A DNA stretch of 64,000 bases from Lama guanicoe (taxonomy: Eukaryota): contig MU054187.1 in assembly GCA_013239625.1 (NCBI GenBank), positions 3,669,757 to 3,733,756 on the forward strand, in the 5' to 3' direction. Positions 35,545 to 50,334 of the stretch are shown piece after piece (the stretch's first letter is position 1; each line of letters starts with the position of its first letter). The position numbers were made by a program, and so were the translations under genes. A model generated the notes under the pieces. The model was not told the origin of the DNA, did not search any database, and saw only the letters and a program-made list of their open reading frames with translations.

Positions 35545-36945
35545 TTTTTTTTTTAATAGCAATTTTATTGAGATGCAATTTGTGTACCATATAAATCATC
35601 TACCTAAAGTGTACAAGGCAGTGGTTTTTATACTGACAGAGTTGTGCAGCCATCCCCACAGCTGATTTTATAAGACTTCACCCTGGAAAGAAAGCCTGTA
35701 CCTGTCAGCACACATTCTTTGGTTTTTCCTACACCCCCTTCCTCCCCAGTTCCCCAGCACTTCGGCAGCTACTAATCTACTTTCTGTCTCTAGAATTGCC
35801 TGTTCTGGACATTTCTGGAAACAGAATTAGACAATATGTGGTCTTTTGTGACCAGCTTCTTCCACTTAGCCTAATGTTTTCAAGTTTCATCCATGTTGCA
35901 TGTACCAGTACTTCATTCCTTCTTATTCCTGAGTAACCTTCCATTGTGGGTGGACCACCTTTTATTTATCCATTCATCAGTTGATGGGTACTTGGGTTGT
36001 TTCCACTTTTTGGCTATGTTACAAGACATGTTGCTTCTTAAACTTTTGTTTACACGTTTTTGTGTGGACATTACTTCTTGGATATATATACCTTAGCAGT
36101 TGAATTGCTGGGTCATATGGTAACTGTGTTCCACCTTTTGAGGAACTGACAAACTATTTTCCAAAGTGGCAGCACCATTTTACAACGTATGAGAATTCTA
36201 ATTTCTCCACATCCTCTTTAATACTACCTGCCTTTGATTACAGCCATCCTAGTGGGTGTGAGTTGGTATCTCCGTGTAGTCTCGATCTGCATTCCCCTGA
36301 TGGCTAATGATGTCAAGCATCTTACCATGTGCGTGTTGACCACTTGTATATCTTCTTTGGAGAAGTGTTCATTCAGGTCCTTTGCTCATTTTTAATCGAG
36401 TCTTTACTTATTTATCTTTATTACTGAATTGCTGGGGTCCTTTACATATGCTAGATACAAGTCCCTTATAAGATGATTTGTAAATTTTACCTCCCGTTCT
36501 GTGTGTGTTGTATTTTCACTTCATGGTGTTCTTTGAAACATAAAAGCTTTTCATTTTGATGAAGTCCAATTTATTTTGTTGTTGTCATAGGTTTTGGTGG
36601 CATAGCTAAGAAAAGGTCCAAAGATTTACACCTGTGTTTCTTCTAAGAGGTTTATGGTTTTAGCTTTTATAAATTCAGTCTTTGATCCATTTAGAGTTCT
36701 TCTTTGTATATGGTGTGAGGTAGGAGTCCAGCTTCATTCTCTTCCATGTGGCTGTCCAGCTGTCCTTGCATCATTTGTTGGAAAGACTGACTTCTGCTGA
36801 ATTGTCTTGCTGCCTTTTAGTTGCACGTGAATGGATTGCATTTGACAGAGGGTCTGTTTCTGGACCTTCGTCCTGGCCGTTGATCTGCATGTTCACCCCT
36901 GCACCAGCACCGCCCTGCCTTGATTACCGTGGTTTTGTAGTGATG
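35545..36945 (-). mobile_element. L1MB-like 3' end plus ORF2 C-terminal region
   Basis: Poly-T then 'ttttattgagatgcaatttgtgtaccatataaat...aagtgtacaa', with classic antisense L1 motifs 'ccattcatcagttgatgggtacttgggttgtttccac' and 'gaattgctgggtcatatggtaact'. Confidence 0.88.
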
Positions 36946-38439
36946 CCATAGCCCTTTGACAGCTGGTTTCTAGAGGTGTATTTTCTATGAAGTCCTTTTG
37001 AGGCCAGACTAACTGGGCATTTTTGTTCAGCAAACCCTTAACACATGTAATCATAATGTGGCTCTACGCAGGCTAAGCTCTTCAGTTCCAAATTTGTCTT
37101 CACTGATTTCCTGGTTCCGTGCTCGCGTCTCTGCACACACCCCGACGACCTCAGGAGGCCCTTCTCCTGCCAGGTTGTTGAAGACCTTGTTGCACCACTT
37201 GGAGAGGCAGAGTCCCGGGGTTCTTCCTCGTCACCGCTGTTCGAGTTGCCGCTGCTATATTCCCAAGACTCCCCCTCGGGAGAGGAGAAGCTGATGAACT
37301 ACTCGTGTCAGGATGTGCCTTGAGAAAGCTGGGAGTCAGGCAAGCCTTTGAAAGCCACTGTCAACTGAGCAAGTGTGTAGGAGGCGGCTTCCCCGTGTTC
37401 ACATGTGTCTCACTGTCGGAAGCCTCAGCGCAGATTCCGCTCGTGTGGTGGTAAAAGGCAGTCCTTTTGAGAATCACTGTGTCCGAAAGCTCCCGGAGGA
37501 TGTGAGCAGTGTCATTCAAGATTGTGTCCCTGATGCTTGGCGAGCTTTTAGTACTCGATCAACCATCAGCAGCTGCGTATGCGTTTGGGAGGGGAGGCTT
37601 TTAAAATTGAACACAGAGAAGAAAATGCAGGTTCAAACAATGCGAAAGGGTATATGCCGTGTAAATGAATCTGCCCAGAAGCTGCCAACGTCAAGGGTTT
37701 TCAAGGTTTTGCCTGCCTGTGCAAGCACGTCTGCATGTTTATTTGTTCACTTTGCACAAAAGGAGCATCATAGGCCATGAGTGGAGGTACTTCGCGTTTT
37801 TCGCTTAGGATACAGTTTGGAATAATTCTCCCACAAGGGGTGCAGACTCGGCCTGGTTCCTCAGTGGCTGCGGGTTTCCCTCGTGCAGACGGACCGTCAC
37901 CGAACCCCGGTCTCCTGCTGACGGGTTCGCTGTGAGAAGCAAGGTCTCAGCTGCGGCTCTTAGCTGGTTCTGTTTTTATCTCTGTGATATAGTTCTCAGA
38001 GTGGAGTTCCTAGGCTAAACGTTCCAATAGTTTGGATTTTGTAGATTCCGACGGTCACCTCCCAGGGGACCCCGCCCGCGTGCGCTCCCAGAAGCAAAGC
38101 CCGTGAGTGCGTCCTCGCGCCTCACACCCTCAGTCCCGCTGGGCACCTGGAAGCTCTTTGATCTGTTCAGTTGATGAGTGGATAATGGACTGGGTGTATG
38201 TATTTCCCTTGCCCAACCTTTTTTTAGATTGTTGGTGTGAATGATTCGGGGAACTCTCGGGATAGGAAGGAAATTACTTCTTTGTCACATGTAGTCTGTA
38301 TATCTTTCCCAGTTTGTCTTTTAACTTTGTTTTTCCACTTCTGTGCAGTATTTTACATTTGAATGTAGTAAATGGATCAGTCTTTTTGTTTATGGTTCCT
38401 GGTGGTCAGGAAATATTAAATGAATACAAGTGCTGCCTT

Positions 38440-38800
38440 TACAGTTCAATTCTGCTCAACAAATATTAGCCAAGTGCCTGTAAGGTGCCAAGCGCTGGCT
38501 AACCGTGGTGGAGCAGCGCGGCTGAGCAAGGCGCCGTCGGCCTCGGAGGCCTTGGTCAAGGCGCGTCCGCGTGGTGCACCTGGGGACCAGTCAGTCGTCT
38601 GCTACGACTGGAGTACGTGAGGGAGGTGCTGCGGACTGTGGACGGGTGGAGTGGTTTCACATTATGCAGGACCTGAATGCCGTCCCTGGGACTTCAACTT
38701 TATTCTGTCCATAAAGGAAAGCTGTGAAGGGTTTTGAGGTGGAGAGAGTCAAGTCCAGTTTGTATTTAGAAGGATAGCTCTGGAGGCGCTGAGACAGGGA
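38440..38800 (-). mobile_element. L2 remnant
   Basis: 'tcaacaaatattagccaagtgcctgtaaggtgcca' and 'tgtatttagaaggatagctctgg' are L2-like motifs. Confidence 0.45.
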
Positions 38801-41800
38801 AGTTATTACAGTGATCCTGGGTCACTGCAGCTGTCTGAACTGTCTCTCCCGGAGATTCTTGCCCAACTCCGATTCCTTCTTTAGCCTGCAGCCTGGCAGG
38901 TATTGTGAAAATTCAGATCCAGGCAGGGACACCACTGCTTTTACAGTAGAATCCAAAGACCCACCCATGACCTCAAGACGGACACTGAAATCCTTCCCTG
39001 GGTTTACAGGGTCCTCTAAGATCTGGTGACATTTGTAGAGGGTGCAGACTTGAGGAAGGTGGTGGGGGGGGGTGTCTTTGGACACACAAGACCCAGGCTG
39101 TGTCCTCAGGGGCCTTTGGTTTCAGCGAGGGAGGCAGACATGACACCATCTGAGCATCCTTCCGGGCATCCTTCTGCCGCAGTCCTCGTCCCCCGGACTC
39201 AGACTCACCCTGTCTTCTCAACCCAGTGGGCATCCTTCCTGTGCTTCAGCTGTCATCTCTGAGGCCTCCCCAGTGTCCCCAGTTGGAATCAGGTTCACCT
39301 CCTCGTCCCCGATTCCCGTCTCTGCTGCGACTTTCACTTGTGTCCCCCGCGTGGCCGGTACCTCATCAGGTGCGGTAAAGTCAGCCAAATAAAGTCACCT
39401 ACACGTGCTTTTACGTTTTCACCTTTTGTTCTTGTTTCTTGTTCTTGCAGAAGGAGAGTCTAAGAGGCATGTCACTTAAATGTGAAATGCTTTATTCTGA
39501 AAAGGAGACTGGAAAGGGGAGCTGGTTCTGCTTTGCAGTCACAAACCCGTCCCAGCAGAAATGGCCCTGCTGGCAGGTGTCACTGTCAGGAGTGGTCTCT
39601 GGGGTTGGCGGTGTCGGGGCTTGGCAGCCGAGACCATGTGGGGTCCCCAGGCCCATGGCTTCTCTCAGTGACCCTGGGCTCCTCTGACCCCGAGCAGAGC
39701 TGTCGCACGACCAGGTGCAAAGTCGGCTCCTGGACCCCTGCTTTTCCCAGGAGAACTCTTCACTCACATTTAGAAACCTGTTGGCCTAGAAAACTGTCCC
39801 CAGTCACAAAAGTTCCTTTGGTCTGTGCTCTTCCTTTTCTCACTGTGTTTAGAGACCACACGTAAGTCGGCTTGGGACCAACTCAGATTCCGGTGGCAGT
39901 CCTGATGGTCCTCCCAGAGGAAGAAGAGGCAGCGGCATCTTGGGGGTGCTGTCTTCAGGGTGGGCAGGAGCGGGAGGGGCCGGTTTAGGGAGTTGGGCTG
40001 GGGAGGATTTGGTGGGGACCCACACCCTGAGGGAGGGGTGACCAGCTGAGGGCAGCGGGCGCAGAGGGAAGAGGTGGCTCACGATGAAAATAAAGCTTCT
40101 AATGCCGGAACCTAAACCCCAAAAGCCTGCCTAATACCCGGAAGTAAAACAGCGTGACGTGTGAACAGCATCGCATTTGGAGTCGGAGGGTCTGGGTCTG
40201 CATTCGGGCCGTGCCACTCTCTGCCCGTCCGGTCCTGAGCAAAGTGCTTACTCTTCTCACGCCTTTCCTGCCGTGAACGTGTCTTTCTCCCAGCGCCCCA
40301 GCGACGACTGCACAGGTGGTAGTGAAACTGCAGACGGGTTTCACATGTATTGTGCGAGTAGCTGTTACGACTTGAGATGCATTGATTAAAAACAGTGGAT
40401 TTGTTTGTAAGCAGTGGAAGCCTAGCTAATTCCTGTCTCCTCTGAGACTCCTCCAGTCTCCTTAGCTGGCCCCTCCCTGAAACACCCTCCAGGCTCTGTC
40501 TCTCCTAGACGGGATTGCCAAAGGCCAACCTGATTGCTTTATTCACCCCCTCACTTCTACAGTTTTACTATATTATTTGGCCCAGAATGCTTTTTCCATG
40601 TAATCTTCATCTCATTCACTCTCCACCCCATCCTAGGTGCTTCATGTGTACGTGAACCCTCTAAAAAGCAAGAACAAGTAGAAAAAAAATTCATCTTAGG
40701 GGGGATAGACTATAAAAAGAACAGGAAATACCTACCCTGTCACTTGGAGGAAGCACATCCATGGGTGTGTTTTGGGTATGACATGCAGAGAGAGGACGGA
40801 CTGTTGACTGGATGGCCCCTCTACCCACGAACAAGAGCCCTCTGCTCCCTCTTCTCTTCCAAAGCTACCCTCTGTTCCCTTCAGGGAATCTCCCCCAGCC
40901 TCTCCTCACCCCCAGAAATCTCTGTGTTAGCCCTGCCTCACGTTGGTCCTCCAGCCCCACACACCGCCTGCCCTCTGTGCCCTGCCCGGGCCTCCACGCT
41001 CCCTGCGGCCCTGGTCCACCCCGTCCGTGATCAGATGCTGGCCATAGACCTGGGTGGCCCTCTCTCGTCCTGCACTAGGTTGCAGGGGCAGAGACCATCA
41101 GGATACCCGGCATTTGTGCAGTGCCTTGTCATTGATGGGGAGTGTCAGAAACACGGCCATCCTGAACACTCAGTCCGGCTGTGAGACTGGCACCATCGCC
41201 ACTCTGGCAGCTTGTACCTGCAATTGGGCGCGGGTGCCTGTGGCCTCCACCCCCACCCCCTTCCCCTGTGTGGGACTCGGGCTCCTCGGCCTCTTTCATC
41301 TCCTCCGCAGCCCCTGGCTGTGCCCAGTGTGCAGATTACTATTCGTTTCACCATCTAGTACTTACAGGCTTCTGTGGGGGGATGTAAAAGTGACCGAGAA
41401 TTTACACTCTAGGAGGAAACTTGCACATTCATCGGTGTCCGTGACTGTGAGGCTGATTCTTTACCAAGCCTGTTCATTGACTCCGAGAAGCCTTTCACGG
41501 TGTTTCGTCCCATGTGCCCTGTCAGCTGTGCCTGCGTCTTCTGAACTCGAGGTAATAGATGTGACATTAGTGAGCAATGTCCATGCTCTGTGTCATGAAA
41601 GAGGGAGAGAAAGGCACAGGCCTAGGGGATCGGCAGAGCAGATTTTTTTTCCTGAAAGGAAGGGTGGGTTTGGTCATTTTGTTGTGCTGAAGCGCTTCCC
41701 GACACGTACGTCCGCTCCTTAGAGACTTGGGGGACTGTGGACGGGGGTGGGGCTGGAGGTGTGGGGGGGTGTTTCAGTTTACGGTTCCGGGACCAGGCGG

Positions 41801-42234
41801 CTGGGGCTGTCAGCCCGTCTCCCTGCTTCTCCCTTTATACATACATGTCATCTCGTAGAGCAGCATTCCAAAGCCTTGACAGCTTCGGGACATAATTCCC
41901 ACTTTTGAAGGCTGTCTTTCACAACCTCAGTAGACAGCGTTTCTCTACGCCTTGGGAAAACAAGATCAAACGACTACACGAACAAGGCAACCCCAGCTTG
42001 GCTGGCTCTCCAGAGTCCCATCCCCTGGCGGGCGCCCAGCTCCAGCCCCCTCCACCAGCCTCCCAGCTCCGATGTGCAGCAAACACGAGGGTTTAGAGCC
42101 GTGTCTGGGTCAGTTACCATAACTCTTTAAAAACCCCTTTATTTATTTGTAATTGTGGTGTGGGTTGGAGAGAAATAAAGGTGCGGGACGGGAGGGCTGC
42201 CACTGTTGGTGGGCGGTGAGGGCTCTGCTTTGTG

Positions 42235-42445
42235 CGGGCTTGATTCTTAGACCCGCTTCTGCCTGGCTGTCCTAAGCTAGCCTGAACGGGGCTTTGGATA
42301 AATTACTTAGATGCAGAAGTCTCAAGTTGTGCAGCTATAAAATGCCAACATTTTACAGTTAAAGTGGGCATCGAGTCAGATGATGTCTATAAAAAGCTCA
42401 GTACAGTAACTGGACCATAGGAAGCACCAAGAAACACTGCTATTT
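42235..42445 (+). mobile_element. MIR SINE remnant
   Basis: 'ctttggataaattacttag...tctcaagtt...tataaaatg...aaaagctcagtacagtaactggaccataggaagcacc' resembles the MIR core and tail. Confidence 0.5.
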
Positions 42446-43169
42446 TTATTCTGTATCCCTACCTTTTGAGGAGAAGGAAAAGTAAAATATACTCATGAAA
42501 TCTCCATTCAAGGAGGTTACATTTTGAAAATCAGACATCTTATGCTTTGTTTTTCCTTCGCTAGAATAATAGGTCAATACTACTTCCTTCCATGTTGTTG
42601 AACTCCTCATACTCTCAAAATAGCATCCTGGTCTTGAGTAAGAATTCTTTAGTGCTGAGTGATTGCAAAACTAATTATAGTAATTTTACTATCTGGGTAT
42701 CTAAGGGAGAGGGCCAGCTGCATAAGATTGTATGATTTGGCACTCAGTAATCTTCAAGAAGACAGTAGCATGTTTACAAGGATAGTCAATTACATTAATT
42801 TGAATAGAGACCTTTCTCCTGAAATGTTTACGGCTCTGAAGTTTTGAATATGCCTGTAAACAATAAAACAAACAGGTGGGATGGATTTACTTAGAAGAGG
42901 TGAACAGCTGAGAGAGGATATGTTATATGGGGCTTTTTGAAGAATATGGGTCAGGGCAGACCAAAGAAATGGTTGTGTTCAGATTAAATAAAAGTTCTGG
43001 GCCACAGCAGATGTGGAAGGAGGTGAAGAGAGTAGAAGAAAGGCATGGACAAAGTTTAAAATACTGCCAGAGTTTTGTACATATTGATGAGGAAAGTAAG
43101 CAAGGAACAGATTTAGCAATCTGTAGGGTATGTTTTATGACCTGAGCATTGGAGAAGTACCTGTCTTTC

Positions 43170-43400
43170 AGAATTCTTCCATTTATACAGCAAATACTGA
43201 AATGTGCACTTAATGTGTGCTGCCCTGTCCTTGGAACTTTAGATTCATTACTGAACAAGATAGGCAAAGACCTGTGCCCTCATAGAATTTATGTGATTGG
43301 ACAGAGACAGAGACAGAATGAATTAGCAATAAACACAATAAATGAACTAGATAGTGTATTAGAGACTTATAAGTGCTCTGAACAAAAGGACCATTAAGGC
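43170..43400 (-). mobile_element. L2 3' end remnant
   Basis: 'ccatttatacagcaaatactgaaatgtgcac...tgaacaagataggcaaagacctgtgccctcatagaattt'. Confidence 0.55.
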
Positions 43401-46299
43401 AAGAGAAGAAGGGCAAGGATTAATGCCATATCAGGGAGGGGAGGGCATGGGGATGTACTGGGTATGGTGAGGGTCAGGGTAACAGTGCTCATTCCTCCCT
43501 GGCAGTAGTTGGGGCCACCACGCAACTACTTGCTAGTCTGTCTGACTTTGTTTCTGACATCTGGGTTTTAGGATGTGGACGTAAAAGAGGTCACATGAGT
43601 GTTTCTGCGATAGCAGGTGAGCAGGAGTAGACATTTAAAAAGCTTGGAAATCAAATATATTGGGGTAATGGAAGTGCACAGTGAGAAGTAGCACGAATGC
43701 TTCCGAGGTCCCGGCAGCCAAGGACAATGGGGTAGCAGGACAGTGAGTGTGTGCGATGAACTTTAAAACCACATGCAGCAAGGAGCGAGTGAGTGCTGTG
43801 GTCACATGTAAAATAAAGGCCGTACACGGAGTTTGGGGATTCAAAAACACTTTCAATTTTGGATCTATAGAGTGCTAAACAGCTTTGAAGGAAAGCCTCT
43901 TCCCACAGGGGATTCTAAGACCTGAAATGAGAAATTCAGCCAGTTGCCCGTTGACACCGCCAAGCACCCACCTGACAGCCTCAGCGTCTCACTTTCCTCC
44001 AGGACATTGGGCTGTGGACGCACAGTCACGCCCGACGCTGTCGTCGGGCAAGTGGAGAGTGATCAGGGTGCGAATTTGAGGCTGGAGTGATACAGTTTCA
44101 GGTGAAGGCGAAGCACACTTTTTTTCGTGTTAGGAAACATGGCATCTGCTGTCCTGGCTGCCAGGGCCTGTGCTCTGCTAAACACATGGTTTATTGGACC
44201 TTCATCTCTGACAGAAGCAAGCCAACCGAATGAGTTCATGACTTAAAGTGAAGGGCCCCTCTAAGCCAGAGGGAGAATTGGACCACCTCTGAGCCACTAC
44301 TATATGTTTGTGCCAGAGTAGGCCTCTCTCTCCACTTCTCACCTTGGACCTGAGAACTGGCTCAGGAGGAGGGGAGGAGCGAGGGCCCTGTGGCCAATCC
44401 CAAGACCTTCCCAAGGCTACTCCCAGTGTGATGGCCTTAGTGTCTGCCTAGCGGAGGACATGACATGACCAAGACTGCTCTGACCACCATTTAGCTAAGC
44501 AGGGCGTCTCTCATCTGCTGCTTCAAGGTGGTGCCTGACGTCTCACAAAATAATAAAATAAAAATCATGCCTTTGAATCTGCTGGAGGCAATGGTATCTC
44601 CCCGAAAGGACTGAATGAGTGAGACAAGACTGCCTCTACACCTCAAAACATCCTAGACATCCTAGCCACACAAGTTGCCCAAGTCCAATATTTCACAACA
44701 TTCCACCCAAACTGAAACAGCAGAGACAATGGGAGGGCGTCACAGGAGCTGTCCGCAGCCAGAGGAGGAGAGGTCAGAGTCTGTGCCCCTAGACACAAAA
44801 CATTGGCACCCGATCTCTTTTGCAATTTCCCCCCCAGGCTCAGGAGATTCCTTTGCAGCAGATTTTCTGGGTGTGAGGAACGGGACATATGAGGGACACG
44901 TGTAAGATGGACGAGGATAGAGCTGGGGGCACAGAAGCAAATTTAATTTTCATTTGAAGCTAAACATTTTTGCAGAGCCCGTCCGAGTTTGCTGGCTTGG
45001 CGGTGCAGCTTTGCTACAAGAAGCTGCCATTGTTCCGTGATGTCGAAATGAGGAAATGTCCCACAGAGCAGTGTTCTTCCCCTTTGGTTTTCCTTGCTTT
45101 GGTGCAAAATGTTAAGAAAAAAAGTATACTCGGGGGTTTATTCTAAACAAAGTCAATTCGGTGCCTGTGTATTATTGCCCAATCAGCCAACGTTAAGTAC
45201 TTATTTTTAAAAGTGTATTTTTGACTTTAAACACTTAAGTCCATTGTGGTTTATCATGTCAATATATATTTTGGCTTGTGCACAGTTCCGAGAAGGCCTG
45301 GTAACATTCCTTAAAGGAGTCTGTGGAAGGCTCCTGCAGTGGGACCACGGCCTCCCTGGTTCCGAATGCCTTCAAGCAAGTTCTGAAACAGCCTGTCCTC
45401 CTTCCCGAGAGCCAGGTTCAGGCCGCAGTGATGGGGGAATTGCCCCAACCAAATAAGTCGTCTTTTAGTACAAACAAAATCCAAGAGCCAGTGTTTGTGT
45501 TGGGGAGTGAGCTCACATTTTGAAATAAGAACAACTTAAATTCTTACCCCGACTTCAGTTACCACTGGATCCGAGTTTTTCTCCATCTGATCTCCAGTAA
45601 CAACCTTGCAAGACAGGCAGGGCAGCTCCGAAGGCTCCTACTTCCGTAGATGAGAAAACAGATGAAAAATACTCAGCGATGGCCGCACCGGTCTACCCAA
45701 GACAGTGGGCGGAGGAGCGTCTGACATGCAATATGTCTGGTTCTGTTTCCACTTTAAATCCAGCGCACACCTGTTACATACTAGTACCTCTCGAGAACAC
45801 TCATTTCAGGTAACTGCTGAAAAGACTCATATTAGACCAGTGAGAACTTTTATACTATAAATGCAGGCAGGAATTGTTTTTATTAGTATCCCAGCTATTA
45901 AGGTAGCGCAAGAACAGATTTTTAATAAATCAAACGGAACAGTTCAGGAGGGAAAACAGCCTTCCCCCGTCCCCGCGTTCCTGGTGCCGCGCCCTCCCCG
46001 TCCTTCCAGCAGAACATTCTTTCAAAGGCTCTCGCGCCGTGCGGAGAGGATGGCTATTTGTAATGAGCTCCAGTCAAAGATGGAAACATTAATTCTGCCA
46101 AGAACATTTTTCAGAGATATTCCACTGTTAATAATTACAAGTTGTCTCCCAAATAAAGCAATGTTATTACCACTCCTCCTGCCTTTGCGGCCGCTGCATT
46201 TCCATCCTTTGTGACAGTAACTCATGGTTTCTAAATGCTTCCTCGTCACTAATCGCTGTGCCATGGGCTTTTGTGAATATGTTGCTTCACCCTCCCCCC

Positions 46300-46655
46300 C
46301 GGTCATTCATTCTTCACGACAACCTTCATCCTCAGAGAAGGAAAACCTGCGACTTGAGAGGTTAAATAATTTGCCTGGAGTCACATGACTGGCGTGGGGC
46401 AGAGCCAGGAGTGTAACTTGGGCAATGTAGTTTCAGGACCCGCCAGCCTAAACGCTAGGTGACATTGCCCTACCAGCAACTAATCCTCAGTAATAATGAT
46501 GATAATAACATCTGAAATGTGTTGATTGTTTATTATCAAACTTGTTGAATGTGTTTCTACAAATGAGACTTGATGAGGGGAAGTGATTTGCCCGAGTTCC
46601 CACGGCCAGTGATTTAAGCAACAGAGATTCAGATTGAGGCAGTCTGATTTCCAAA
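46300..46655 (-). mobile_element. Two MIR remnants
   Basis: 'gagaggttaaataatttgcctggagtcacatgactggcgtggggcagagccagga' and 'gaagtgatttgcccgagttcccac...gattcagattgaggcagtctgattt'. Confidence 0.55.
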
Positions 46656-49304
46656 CAAAGGGAAACAGGATCCCAGAGTCCCACCACCTCCCCTTCCTGT
46701 GCCTGCTCTCACAGATTAAACGGTAGGTGTGAATTCTCCCCAGTGAGGGCTTCAGACCTTGGTCCTAAATCCAAATTTCTAGGCTAAGAATTCTCAAACT
46801 TTTGAATTGGTGAAGACTCACTTTCATTCCTCTGGAATACTCGGGATTACAGAAGACCTGGAAAGGTGTGGAGTCACATTGAAAGAAAGCTGCAGATGCT
46901 TAGGGAGGCTGCATTGACAGTACAGAGGCTCAAGACCTGGAGATTCAAAGAGTTACATTCATGCCTGTTCTGAAGATGCTTCCTACCTGATAACAAAGGT
47001 TATGTCTGTTTCCATGACGAAGTATTGCAAGGGGATGTGTGACAGCAGGTGCTCCCTCTTTCTGGGTCCCAAGGCTTTGGGGAGAGTGGTCCCTGCACAG
47101 AGCAAGGTGAAGTGCAGAAGCACAGCCCTCATCCCGCCTTGATAGGGTCTAGGGGTTTCCCGCAAGAGGTGCTGCCGGAGGCTCTCTGCAAGGCCGGCGT
47201 AAGGCACGATGCGCGTGTGTTTTGCTTCATCACAGGGCGGGTAACGAGGCTGTCTTTATTACTGCCGGTAGCTAAGCTGCAGGGAACTCACCTCTGTCTT
47301 GGCGTCCCCCTTTATGTTAACTCTCTGGGCACATCCAGAGAAGAGGCTTGTTGTTGCATGTTCCCATTATGAAATTACGAAAAATGGACTGGCTCTTTTC
47401 TTTAATATGTTCGTTTGAATTCAGAACATGTACTGGCTTTCAAACTTTCCAAATTTCTAGAGAACACCTGGATGGAGATATATGTCCCTGGAGCAGTGCG
47501 GAGCCCTGCTCGCCTACTGCCGTTGCAAAAGAGAAGACACATGGATGCTTGCCTCTGAGAGTTGCCTGTGATTGTAGTCACCGGGCCAACTTTACAGAGG
47601 GACACACGTCAGGGGGGCAGAAGGTGTGCATCTTGGACCCCATCCCTGGGAGGTGGAATGACTCCAGTACTGCAGAAGTTCTCCGTGTACACGACCTACC
47701 TAAGGCGACAATCCCGGGGTGAAGTATGTTCAGGTGTGAAGCATGTGAATTGATGCCAGGAGCGAAGTGTGGCCGTGACTTCAGTTAAGAGCATTGGCAA
47801 CCAGCGGGACACTGACCGGTGAGAAGTGTTTCATGGAAAAGGACGCATGGCAGTGAGACACCCAGTCAGACGTTTTGGGAGTGAGCCACCATTCTGTGGG
47901 CCCTCTGACAGGTCGCTCGGCCAGCCTGGTCTTTACTTTCCTCGTGTGCTAACTAAAAAGTTGGGCTTGTTGTCATCAGCCCTTCCCTTCTTACTCTGAA
48001 ACACTCTGATCTCTAGTCTAGGCTGGTAGACCATGCGTGGAGAACCGTGGATCTCATAACCAACTATACTTTACCTCCTCAGCTACTGGAAGTTTGAAGG
48101 AAGAAAAGCTCACGGACGGCTAGAATTTGGTTTCAGAGATATTTCACGACAGCATTTGGAGATGAGCCGTTCACCCATGGCTGGTAAGAGTCAACACCAA
48201 CTGTTTCATTAAGTCGTTAACCATTCCAGTTGTACCACTACCAGTCTCTAATGACCTGCTTCTAATCCACCAGTACGTGCGAGGAGAGCCTTGTTCTCTC
48301 TGCATCTGAGCCCTGAAATAAACCTGGGAGGGGTGTTCATAATCACCTTTCACCCTGTTGTGTTGCACAATCTTTCGGCTCCTGACTTTCCTTCTGATGG
48401 TTTCTTACTTTTCCTGGCCAGAGAATCATAGCTCACAGTCTTTCAGAGTTAAAAGTGATTTTAGAAATTATTTAATGCTGCCTTTGTTTTGCTTAATTGA
48501 AAGCTGAAGAGAGAAATTATACAATTTGCCAAGGGCTGCAGCTGGTCAGTGGCAGGGTTATGCCTGAGAACCAGGCGCCTGGCCCTTGACCTGCAGATTT
48601 CAGTGAGACCCCGGGAGCTCTGGCTCACCCAGAGGGCAGGGCCCAATCTGATCTGATTGGAGAGATTTGGATACCGCAGCCCTGCCTCAGAAATGCCCAG
48701 GGTGAGGGCCACAGTGTGAGATAAAGACCGGGGTGGAGGTGGGGGTTAGAATAAGAGTGGAGTTGGGGGCATTTGGTCTCCTCTCAGTTTGTTAGAAAGT
48801 GATCTCTGGGATGAGAGGGAGTAGAAGGGATTTTACTGGGATTAAACAAAGTATGAGTCTTCAAATGCTAAAATATTCAGACAGACATTTCACTATGTAT
48901 TTTGCCCAAATCTCTACTTTTTTTTTTCCTGAATGTATACAGCTTCATTGAAAGTGCCCAGCACAAAGGGCACACCGCAGCCTCTCTGGGGAGAACAGCT
49001 GCAGAAAGGACAGGTGGAGGCAGGGGTCCAATCTTCAGTCAAGGGCTGATGGAGGCTTGGAGCAGATGATGGTAACCATGGAGAGGGTACCACAGATGCG
49101 TGAGCTCAAGGACGGGGAGGGGCCTGTAGTCATGGGAACACCTGCGGGATAGGGAGGTGGATTGTGGGTGATTTTACTTTCCTTTCAAAATAATTTTTTT
49201 TTTGTCTTGGGTACATGTTGTTTCATTAATGAAAGAATAAAGTAAAAACCACTTTACTGGGTCTTACCTGGACTTCCTTCTGGCTAACATTAAAAAAAAA
49301 CTGC

Positions 49305-49910
49305 CTTTTGAAACAATTTCAAACTAATAGAAAAGTAGCCAAGAACAGTCCAGAGGGCTCTGATACACTCTTAACTCAGATCCACTAATTTGAACATTTG
49401 CTATGTTTAATGTTCTCTCTCCTGCTACACATAAAAATTATATATTCTTTTTGAATCACTAGAGAGTTCTTTGTCCTTTGTCCCTGAATACTTCGTGTAT
49501 ATTTCCTAAGAACAAGGACAGCCATACAGAATTATCAAAGTCAGCAAACTTTACATTGATACATTGTCACCTAATCTGTAGACCTCGTGCAAATGTCACC
49601 AGTTGTCCCAGTAATGTGCTAGATGGCGTTTCCCACTCCCCTGGTTTGAGAGCAATCCAGGATCACACGTTGCATTTAGTTTTCATGTCTCTTTAGTTGC
49701 CTTTAATCTGGATCAGTTCCTCCTTTTGCCTTTCATGACTGACATTTTTGAAGAGCGCAAGCCACTTATTTGTTGCATGTTCCTCAATTTGGGCTTCTCT
49801 GCAATTTCCTCATGATTTAATTCAGGTTGTGCTTTTCTTGGGGAAGGAGTGCTGTTGAAGAGCTGCTGTTGAAGAGCTTCTGTTGACCTTTTCAGTGCAT
49901 CATGCTAGGA
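49305..49910 (-). mobile_element. L1MC4/L1MC5-like 3' end
   Basis: 'tttgaaacaatttcaaactaatagaaaag', 'gtatatttcctaagaacaaggaca', 'ccaggatcacacgttgcatttag'. Confidence 0.65.
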
Positions 49911-50334
49911 GACACGGAATGTGGTTTGTTAATATTGCTGATAAAATTAATCACTGGCAATACTAACTTCAGGTTAAGGCTGTGTATTTCAGATAGTAGA
50001 TATTTTTGTTGTCTTCAGCTCAGTATAGTGTCATTATTAAAAGGTTTGGAAATATTTAAAAAACTAACATTAATCCACATTAAAGTTAGATGCACCTATG
50101 GAAACAAGGAATGTGAGCACGGCCACACCACCAGGCTGGTTCCGTCACAGCAAGAAGGCGGGTCAGGGGAACCCTCAGGCACAGGTGGACATCGACATGA
50201 ACAAGAGTAACACGTTGTTTTCAGCTTCTGCATAATGTATGGTTTCTAGGGGACCATGAGGATACATGCTTTTTCACACCTGTTGACAAAAATCTAAGCT
50301 CCAAATGTTAATTATATCATTTGGGGGACGTTAT

